A stretch of DNA of 64,000 nucleotides from assembly GCA_012295275.1 (NCBI GenBank), contig CM022669.1:7502001-7566000 (forward strand), given 5' to 3'. The position numbers and the translations under genes are program-made. The stretch is from Chrysomallon squamiferum (taxonomy: Eukaryota > Animalia > Mollusca). The notes under the pieces were generated by a model. That model did not search any database and was not told where the DNA came from. It saw only the letters and a program-made list of their open reading frames with translations. Every line of letters begins with the position of its first letter. The first letter of the stretch is position 1. Below are positions 53,204 through 64,000 of this stretch, in pieces.

Positions 53204-55523
53204 CTGTTATAGAAAGGGGGAAAGGAAATTAAGTAAATTTATTACATAATGAAAAAATTAAAATTATCATTATCGAAATCTAAAAGCACAAAACCGGTAA
53301 AATAAAACTCGGTCGAAAAGAATATAATTTTTAAAAGCGCAGAAACAAGATAACAGTAATGTGAAAATAATGACATGATTCTAAGTCAATTAGCAGTTTC
53401 TATAAATGCTGGAAACAATCTCGAGTTTCTGGTGGTTTTAAAAGCTCGACAGTGGAGAGTTGTCGATATAATAATGAGCTCAGATTAACTAGGTTAATAC
53501 AGACATTACAGAAAGTAAAATAAGAAAGATTTTTTTGTTGTTTCATTACAATTTTTTTTTTTTTTTTCCTTTCACAGATGAAATATTTTAAAGGAACTAA
53601 AACTGTAATAAAACCAAGTAGTAGTAGTAGTAATAATAATAATTTAATAATAAAACTGCTCACTGATACTAATAGTAACATAATAAATTGTAATAGCAGT
53701 GGTATATGTAGTAACAACAATAGTGGTGGTGATAGTGTTGATGGTACTACAAGTAGTAATAGTTGAATGATGATGATGTTGTTGATATGAATGATGATGA
53801 TGAATTTGGGGCGGTTATTAAAAGAATGAAACGAAGACGGTAATCAACAGTTTTATATGTAATTTTTTAATTATTTTTTTTTTTTTTTTTTTTTTTTTTT
53901 GCTTTTGCTAATTTTGTAATAAACCCAAACTCAACATATCAACATTTAGCAACAACAGCAAAAATTAACGTTATAATTATATCTGACACCGTTGTACCGT
54001 CAGGAAAAAAAACCCATAATCCACATATTAGCAAACCACTAACCGTTAAACGAAACAACGCATTTGATCTCTTAATAATAACAGATTTCTATCAAAACCC
54101 ACACGTTATGTTTTTACACCCAGTAACACCTAACATCAAAACAGTTCTAGGTATCGTTAGACAAATATTCATTTCACAAAGCACTGGCGTGCTTGTGGTG
54201 AGGGGCCAGTCCAGATTTAATGGCCGGGCAGGCAAGAACCAAAATTACTGACAAATTGAGAACGTTTATTACATTTGTCGTCAGTCGTCCGAGACCTCCA
54301 TAAATGAATTAATTATCTCAGGAGATTATGTTCAGGTGGCCTTTTAAAAAAACCACTATTAATAATTTATAATTCACCAAATAAAGGTTTACGCTGTTGA
54401 TATGATCAGCTTACGGTGTTGTGTATGCCATGTTTGCCCATGTATTAAAATAATTGGCGAACGTTGGCGGTTTGATGCCTTTAACATGTATGATACAGCT
54501 CAAGAGATCCGTGATTTAAATTACCATCGATTTCATATAGTTTAATTTTATTACACATTGTATAAAGTAGTTGAATATGTTGGTTTTTTTTTTTCCGCAA
54601 TGCTTTGTACAGGATAAATAATTATGCTTCAAAATGAAGCATGACTAATTTTGACTAATTTTGTGAGAAGGAATGACGTCATGTCGTTGATATTCTATCG
54701 CATATTCTCTTATCATTCGGAGAAACATTACGAATACTGAAAGGACGTTCTGTCTTCTTTTTTTAAAACAGCAGTTATTCATCATTCAAGCTCGAAAACG
54801 TTTTTTCTACAATGCATCAAAGTTGTAACATTGTCTTATAGACAAAAGGTAAATAAATAGAGACAGACACACACCCACAAACAGAGTTATACGCAGATAT
54901 ACAAATATACAACTGTATCGGTGTATTAATAGGTATAATAAACAGATAGACAGAGAAAGTAATATTAAAATAGATATATGTTCAAAGTCCTAATAGATAT
55001 GATGTTAGCTAGAGGATTAATAATGAATTAAATATAAAGTGAAATTACTATTTTCTGTTTGCGACTCTCTCGAGTGATTAGTGATATGTACATTTCCTTT
55101 TGTTTCGTGTACCAAGTTCACTGTGATCTGGAAAAAGATTCTGAAAATTATTAACAGCTGACTAATTGTTGTTGAAGCCAGAGTTTAGCAATTTGATCAA
55201 AACAAGAAGAGAAATTTAGTTCAGGGTTAGAGTTGTTTTATATCTGTTTTCACTTCTTTTACGTCGAATGTTCTGTGAGCTTTTTATATCGTTTTGGGAC
55301 ATTTTGGCTTAAAAAAAAAATATTTTTTTTTTAGTTGTTTGTGTGTTGAGAAGGTGATGCTACACGACAAAACATTTTCCTAATTTTAATTATGTCGAAA
55401 GCGTAATTATGAGAATTCCAAATGAAAAATGTTTTCGTAATATTTGAAGAAAGGTGTTTGTGTTTGAGTGTCTGTGTGTGTGTGTGTCTGTATGTGTGTG
55501 TTTGTGTATGTGTGTGTGTGTGT

Positions 55524-55562
<39 letters not shown>

Positions 55563-55605
55563 TGTGTGTTTAGAATATTACAATAAATATTTAAAAAAAA
55601 CTTAC

Positions 55606-56440
55606 CTGTGTATCATTATGGATAGCAATGAAACTGCCGTACTTTCCAAAAACTGCAGCAGGTCTGAATGATTGTCATAAATTTTCTCCGCTTACACAAA
55701 TCTTTCTTAGTCAGTTACAATTTTTTGAAGGTGGAATCACAAAATAAAGGTAAAACTGTTTACATCTCTTGAACACTGTCTTTGTATTTATACTGAAAAT
55801 TGGCAGTCACTGAATAACGATACAATATTCTTTTTGAATGAACATTCAGACCATCTGTTCACAACTAACGACAGAACCTGTTGAATGCTTTCACAAGTAA
55901 ATTTAAAAGAATTAAAGCAAATAAAAGTAAAGTTAGTTATAATTAGCAGTTGTTAACTAAATACTTTCATATAATTAACTGCTAACATAGTGGCGAAGAG
56001 TAACAATAAATTATGGTGATCGTCTTGCTTTGTAAATTTAAACAAATGAATAACTGCAAAACTATTTATAGTTATTGCTTGTGGACTCTCTTCTTAGTCA
56101 TGAACAGATTAAAAAGTCATTTCTGTTGTTAGGAAATACTGTATCCATACATTACTATATTTGAGCAATAATATCCAACTGAAAATGCTCTGTTACCGTT
56201 TACAAAATCAAAAAAATATATATATATGTATATATATGTTCTAATCTAAAAAAAAAAAGAACAAGAAAGAGATTAATTCCAAATAATAATGACGAACTGT
56301 TCAAACATCGATCCTCGCCATGAAAGGAACACAGGTATCTAGAATACACACCAATCCGAACGTCCACTACAACATCAAACACATCCGTGAATCGCTCACG
56401 TCGTAAATCATGCACATGGCCGTCGAAGTAATACGGACAC
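55606..56440 (-). other. Candidate non-coding first (5' UTR) exon of the lachesin-like gene
   Basis: Perfect donor CAG|GTAAGT at 55606/55605 with a CpG-rich promoter-like patch upstream. The ATG exon has its own acceptor, so an upstream exon is required. The 5' end is approximate. Confidence 0.4.
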
Positions 56441-56650
56441 AGCCGAAGCGATCTCTTTTGTCGTGAGTGCGCATTTGTCACGTGTGATATTCCTTATTGG
56501 CTTCGCATGACGCGATTGCCTGCACTGGTGGTCACGATACTTAACGAATCGATTCACGGCTAAATAACGGCATTATCTGGTCCGGCGTTCAGGGTGTCAG
56601 ACTCCTCGAACAGCGCGTGCTGGTTCGTCGTTTAGCTCTGTCCATCATCC
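56300..56650. promoter_or_regulatory. CpG-rich promoter-like region
   Basis: Dense CpGs in a very AT-rich background. Contains an E-box (GTCACGTG, ~56477), CCAAT (ATTGG, ~56496) and a CRE half-site (TGACG, ~56508). Confidence 0.4.
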
Positions 56651-57589
56651 GTTTAATGGCTGTAAGACTTCTTTAAGAACGCAACCACAGTTTTTGGAAT
56701 ATTTATTTATTTATTTATTTATTTATTTTATAAAATCATGGTCATGTTTATCAGTCATCATTACATTGATTTTTATTTTTTTATTATTAATTAGTCATCG
56801 TCATTTGTTTGTTTTTTTGTTGTTTTTTTCATTTAGTTTTAATTGTATTATTATTTTGTTTCATAACCGATTGACTTTAGTTATTAATTTAAATTTACTT
56901 TATTTTTCTTCAGCGATTTCTTTATTTAAACTTTTTTTTTTCAGATTTAATTAATTTATTTATTAATTTAATTTATTTTAATTTTATTATTATTAATTTT
57001 TTTACGTTGTCTTTACATTTAGTTCAAAAATGTGTTTAAAGAATTAACTAAATCAAAGTTGTTTACTTTGTATGTACGTAAATGTATGTTCAGATTTGCT
57101 AACTGGAATGTTCCAAACTCATCAACATAGGACAAACTGCATTATGCAGAAAAATAAATAAATCAATGTTTTTACTGCTAAAAGTTTTATTATTTATATT
57201 TTCTCTCTTTTTTTTCTCTTTTTTTTAGGAGTCATACGTTAGTTTATACGCTGACAAGTTCTCAAATATGTATCAGAAACGCACTTTTTAAAACTAAAGT
57301 TCATGCTAACAAGCACTACAACATTTTAATGTTTCGCTGTTTACGACGACATATAATTGTTGATTATATGTGTTGATAAATAAACTCCCACCGACGTACA
57401 TTTATTTGTTGTATCTAATTAGGTAATGACTTATAATTATAGTATGTACTGCAGTGCAGAGTAATTAGTTAATCACGAAAGTAATTATTAAAACTTAGAG
57501 TTGTAAGTTCTCTGTTTAATTTATCTGTCAGAATTACACATGCGCACAAACACACACTCACAGTCTCAGTCTCGTTTTAAATATTTATT

Positions 57590-57660
<71 letters not shown>

Positions 57661-58273
57661 ACCCTCGATTTATCATTCTGCCTTTTTTCTGATTTCTGTT
57701 TTTCCCTTTTCTTGCTTTACTCTTAATGACTTCTATCTATCTCTTATTTTATTATAATTATTTTCTTACTCCATTTTTCTTTTTTCATTCTTTCTTCTCT
57801 CTTTCTCTCATGTTCTCTGACTTTGTTTATCTTATTCTTTTACCTTTTTATTCTCTTTGTATTTGAAAATTTATCAACAATACTTCTTTATGCAGAATTA
57901 TTTGCAAAAATTAATACCCAATCTGTGTGCGTGTGTTTGCTTACGCACGTGTGCGCGCATGAAGATAGGAATATGCTGCAATCGATGACTTACGACGTGA
58001 AGTTACGATTCACAAAATGAAATTATTTAAATCTGTCATTTAACAAAAGAAATACGAAACGAGTGTCAGTTAATCATTCTGAAAGTGGGTTTTAAAACAA
58101 ATAATAATAATTGTGATAAAAGTGAATTATTCACATAATTGAATTTTTGTTTCACTCTCGAGAAAAGACAGCTGAGAATGCTATTAATTTAGTTGTTGCA
58201 CAAGAGAAACATTTTCAAAATAATCAACATTTGTTGTTTTATTTTATTTTGTTTCATAACGGAGGTGTGTGTC

Positions 58274-58317
<44 letters not shown>

Positions 58318-59035
58318 TTATTTATTTTATTTTAGTTTATTTTATTTTATTATATTTTATTTTTATTTTACTTTACTTATCTATTTTTATATTAAATACT
58401 GTTGTTGCTGTTTCTTTTTTTTTTTTTTTTTTTTTTTCCGTTATCTATTTAGTGATCGAAATTTCTAACTCTGAAAAACAAAGATGAATAAACAAACAAA
58501 TAACATGAAGAAAAACAACTAAATGAAAAAAAAAAAAAAAACAACAAAACAACAACAACAAAACAAAGAACAAGAACAAAAGAAATACAAACGGAAATGA
58601 CGTCTCCAGTTTCACTGACAACAATAAAAGCCCACTTAAATGGGAGCTGTTCGTGGTTTCGGGGTAAGACAATTTTTAATCAAGGTAATTTGTCTTATAA
58701 TTTCCAGTCGCACCAACCTAACAACAAGTTTCATTGAAAAATCTCACGAACTCGTGTTTCCAAATATGTACCATTCATATCCTTGAATCCCTCTCGTGCT
58801 AGGAAGCATAAAGAAAAGTCAACGGTGAAACCATATAAAAAAAAAAAGAACGCAGTTCTAGCGACGTCTAAGATGGTTGGCTACCAAAGGCCAATGTTGC
58901 CACGGGCTGAGCGGCGAAAATTCGATAAAATTTACTCATTACTCGAGAACATTTATCATTATAAGACATTATATGACGCTTCGCAATATCATTTGTATAA
59001 AAGGGTTATTTTGACGATTTCCAAAATGCTTCTTC

Positions 59036-59070
<35 letters not shown>

Positions 59071-59542
59071 CAACAACTCTCAGACGAGCTTTCCATTAAC
59101 TCGGTGGAAATCAGGCTGAAGAAATTGAATGCTTTTGACACGATGTTCAATATATTAATGATGGCAACGCGTTGCGGCTTGAACTGTCAGCCCATTTCAA
59201 TAATCGTGGAACGGCCGATCTGTCAAATTGCCGTCAATTTGTTTGATTATGGATAGGTGAACAATTATTGGCTACATGCAGTCTATGAAATGTCAATGGG
59301 CTTGCGCCATTTTCCGTGGTAGCACAGCGATGTAATTGTTATAGCATCCGGCTTTTTTTTTATTTTTTTTTTATAAAGAACAGAGTTTGTATTAGTGTAG
59401 ACAGTTTGCTTCAAGTGCGGTGTGTTTTAGGTTCAGTTCGTGGTAGTTTCATTTATATCCGGTTCTGTGAATGTAAACGCGTGATTGTTTGCAACGTACA
59501 TGTGATTTGTATGGCAGTTTATGTTTGTATTATGAGTGTGTC

Positions 59543-59600
<58 letters not shown>

Positions 59601-59611
59601 TGTGTGTGTGT

Positions 59612-59650
<39 letters not shown>

Positions 59651-59699
59651 TATATCTGTGTGTGTGCGCGTAGATTAAATAACATTTACACTAACATTT

Positions 59700-60548
59700 A
59701 AATTTATTAGTTACAATATCATTCAAATTTACTAGTTACATTATCTTTCAAGTTTACTGGTTGTGACATCATTCAATGCACCAACTACATTTTCTTTCAG
59801 GTCTGCTAGTTACATTATCGTTCACAGATACTGTTTTCATTCCTGGCTACGTTGTCATTTTAAGATTACTAGTTATATTAACGTACAAGTTTACTAGTTA
59901 CATTACCATTCAAGAGTGCTAACTATGTATTCTTCAAGTTTATTAATTAATGTATTCTTCAAATTTCCCAGTTACATTATCATTTTATGTTTACTAATTA
60001 CATTATTGTTTAAGTTCACTAGCTCCATTTTTGTTCAAGTGTACTAGCTACATATTTCCGTTTAAGTTTATAAGTTACAGTATAGTTCAAGTTCACTAGT
60101 TACATTATCATTCATGTGTACTAGTTACATTATCATTTAAGTGTCCTAGACACATTACCGTCGTTCAAGTTTAGTACTTACAGTATCGTTTAACTTTACT
60201 AATTACATTATCATTCAAGTGTGCTAGTTACATTATCATTTAAGCGTACTAGTTACATTATAGTTCAAGTTTATTAGTTACATTATAATTCAAGTGTAAT
60301 GCTTACATTATAGTTTAAGTGTAATAGTCAAAATATCATTTAAGTTTAGTAGTTACATTATCATTCAAGTTTACTAGTTACATTATAGTTGAAGTTTACT
60401 AGTTACATTATCATTTAAGTGTACTAGTTGAAGTTTACTAGTTACATTATAGGTTCAAGTTTACTAGTTACATTATAGTTGAAGTTTGCTAGTTACATTA
60501 TCATTTAAGTGTACTAGTTGAAGTTTACTAGTTACAGTATCATAGTTC
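59700..60548. repeat. ~25-bp minisatellite, about 30+ copies
   Basis: Unit ~TTCAAGTTTACTAGTTACATTATCA. Copies are degenerate at the left end and homogeneous at the right. Confidence 0.85.
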
Positions 60549-62444
60549 GAGTCGTTGTAACGAGAGAGAGAAGCGACTGACTCAAAGCATTAGATGTGGA
60601 AACGTTGGATTTCATTACAAACTCATTGCAGGAACCGGATTCTCCCGAGAGACCAAAGAGAACGATCATTGTGAAGCCGCTGAGAATAATTTACTTAAAC
60701 CATATCAGTTATATTAATGGATTATTATGTAATATCAATTCTATTTAATTGAAAAAAAAATATATATATATATATGTATATGTATATAAAAATAAATAAT
60801 AAAGGTAATTAGTGTGTATTGTTTGCGTCTGATCTCGTTTTCTTTTTTTTTTTTTTTTTTTTTTAAAGATTTTTTTTCTCATTTCTGAATCAGATATTTT
60901 TGCATTTAAAAAACAATTGTGACTCAGCTGGAGGAATTCATCTGTTTATCTTCGGGATCTTTAAAAAAAAAAGAATCTTTTTTTTTTCTTTTTGGAGGAT
61001 GATAGAGTGATTCTTGTTTGTATTGTTGTTGTTGTTGTTGTTGTTGCTGTTGTTGTTGTTGTTATTATTATCATCATTATTATTATTATGCATGTTGATG
61101 GTGAATATACCATAACATTGATGATGCAGACTATGGGATGATGATGACCATTTAGAAAACCAAGAAAAAACAAAGTAACAAATGCAGACAAAACAATTAC
61201 TTAAAAATAGACAGAGAAAAAACCCCTGAAAGTTAACTACTCGTTTATGTTTCTAACTGAAGATTTTTAACAAGTTTGATTTTTCAGTAATGAATCTTCA
61301 CAGTTATTCGAAATGGTGATAAGAAGCTTAATTATGTCTGCTGGCGCCAGTAAAACCGTTCTGAAAATTTCCTAAGAAAATTACACCAATAATACATATC
61401 TATAATGACCCGTGTCCAATCATGGTCAATTTAGAAGTGTTAAATGACCATTTGTGGTCATTATCCCCAGTCATCAAAGTCTAATGCTATTAGTTAGTCC
61501 GCAATTTGACCAATGTCCATTCAAAATTTCCCCAAAGTTCCTTATCGTCATCAAGAAAATAATTAATTTAGTTTATTACAGCAGAGGATGATCGTATCAT
61601 CTTTATGCCCACGACAGGCGTGTTTGAACATTTATTTGATAAAAGAGTGCCAGAAAGAACCCAGAGTCTGCAGAATGATTCTTCAGACTGTTTTACGACC
61701 AAGCATCTCGTCATATTTCACCATCAAAAATTCTGAGACGAAACTTTCTGTTTAAATTCTGGAGATTTGCAGGTCGCATTCTTATAATGAATGACCTGAA
61801 CCAAAATTGGAAAATACGTTGATGTTTAAGACACTTTTATTTTTTGGTCCAAATACCCCAACAAAAATTATAGTATAAAAATTACTAAGGAAGACGTTAA
61901 TTGCACCAATATCAGTGGCCCTTGACATTTGTTAAATTCTGCCAATAAAAGAGCAACGTAAAACTGTAACACCCTCTTGTTTCTGGTACTAGTCATCCAA
62001 CACACTAACAGTGATTCTACAGATATCGTGGACTGAGTTTCTGAAACAGTCTGGTGTGTGATCATTCAGAGGAAGCAAGCACGTTTCCAGCGGCTGTATG
62101 ACAGATGTAGAATTAAAACAGATGTTGCAGTTTATCAGAAATGAGTCATCAGTTTGCAGATCCTCATCTGTCCCCTGAGAAAACGTTAAAATATTTTTCA
62201 AGTTTCATTTTTCAAGAAATTGTTATTTATCCTTTTCTTTTTACCCTCTTTCTGTCTCCCTTTGTCTCCATCGCTTTCTTTAAAAAAAATATTTTTCTCT
62301 CTTTCTTTCTACTTCATATTTCGTTTCCATGTCTATAGCTCTCGCTTTTTTTTTTCATTATTTTCTTACTCTCTTCATTTCTGTATTTAATTTTTTCTTC
62401 TTTTTTTCTATATTATTTTCTATAGCAGCAACAACAACAACAAC

Positions 62445-62549
<105 letters not shown>

Positions 62550-63195
62550 TACTGCATCTATTTTTTAGACAATTCATATTTTCTCAAACCTTTAGACCAT
62601 CTCTCTCTTTGTCTCTTTCACACTTTCTGTCTCTGCCTGTCTGTCTTTCCATCTCTCTTTCTTTTTCTCTTTCTTTCTATCACTCTCTTTTTCTCTTCAT
62701 CTACTTACCTTATTATCTCTTTCTATCAGCACATTCAAAAGTTTTTGAAAAGCTGTCACAGGACCCTGGTTGGAACGAAAAATACCGTTCAACATCAAGT
62801 ATTTTTGTTACACAGAAGTCTTCGCTCGACCAGTTACGCCTGTGTAGGCACGACTGGTCAGTACAAGACAACACGTTTCCCAGGAGACTGACCAGTGAAA
62901 TTATCTGGTTGCTAATAGAACTCAAGAGTCTAATTAGATTAATCTACACTTCCAGTTATAAGACCAATTTGAAAAATGAGTTCTCTAGTGTACTCACACA
63001 GAACGTCCACTGCACGCGTGCTTAAACATTGTTTTCTCATTAAGCATGTGAAAATTTATCCATACCCACAAATGAATAATTTGTTTTTATAACTTTTAAT
63101 TGGCAGTGTTACAAACTTATCTTTATTTAGATTTTTTTATTTTGTTCTCTCTCTCTTTATTTTACTGGAAAGTTATAACTGTTGTTAGATACTTG

Positions 63196-63305
<110 letters not shown>

Positions 63306-64000
63306 CGACATCATCATCATCATAATTTTTGTGTCTGTGTGTGGTTTCATGCTACTGGCACACAATTTGTTTTTTGTGTTGTTGTTTTCTTTCGTCTTTT
63401 TTGTTTGTTTTTATTTTGTTTTCATTTTAGGTACCTTTAAACCTAAAATTCTAAGAACTGATAAAAAAAAACTGTAAACATATTTAGTTATATTGCATAT
63501 ACTCAGCTAAACACCACTTCTCAATTTTTCTTCTTCAATATGTTAATTTCTCTTTAACAAATTTATACTCTTTCATATACATATAAAAAAAAAAATCATA
63601 ATAATTCAAAAATTCAAAAAAAAAAACAAAAAAACCAACACCTGTAGTGTGTCTTATCCTTACACATAAAACTACGCAAATTTATCCAAAAAATAAATTT
63701 CCTAAAACCATCATACCTCAGTATTTCTTCTTTATGGTCATATAAATGCCTTCATTTTTTTTTTTTTTTTTTTTTTTCTCTCTCCAGTAAATGGTTTCTT
63801 TTGAAGAATTTACTTTTAATTCGAGGCAGTATATTTTGTCGCTGTTGTCTATAATTGTAAAATAGAGCAGTTAAATATTCTTACACTAAGTCGACGCATC
63901 CATCAATAATACTTGATGCGACGTGTTGCGCTTAAAGGGATTCGCTGTCAAAATGTCGGCATTAGTTTGAAGAAATGATGTACCCAGATGACTTAAAAGG

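Noticed and set aside
55606-55680. Possible coding signal-peptide exon of the Ig gene
   Set aside because: The phase-compatible frame has TAA TGA stops. A proper signal exon was found at 36636-36561.
59700-60548. CRISPR-like regular repeats (also 27795-28241)
   Set aside because: These are head-to-tail units without unique spacers in a eukaryotic context with no cas genes.

Overview
AT-rich, microsatellite-dense animal genomic DNA with spliceosomal GT-AG introns. It is probably molluscan, possibly cephalopod (inferred from composition and the Ig gene type only). Two gene systems are present, both on the minus strand. (1) At 1-14.4 kb is a head-to-tail array of at least four three-exon paralogs (A-D; D is cut by the window edge and frameshifted). 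Each intact copy encodes a secreted protein of about 311-314 aa: signal peptide, 4-Cys PAN/apple-like domain, then a complete four-bladed hemopexin-like propeller with no protease domain. The copies are exon-by-exon mosaics with variable loops, and one carries a Tigger/pogo insertion. (2) At 24.3-36.6 kb is an 8-coding-exon, 433-aa, three-Ig, GPI-type lachesin/DIP/IgLON-like adhesion gene. It has candidate non-coding 5' exons at about 40.9 kb and 55.6 kb, and a 241-bp ~97% identical inverted repeat pair brackets its ectodomain exons. The rest is introns, micro- and minisatellites and a few CpG-rich patches. Most ORFs in the supplied track are simple-repeat artefacts. All gene models were spliced by hand from the sequence; no database searches were run.
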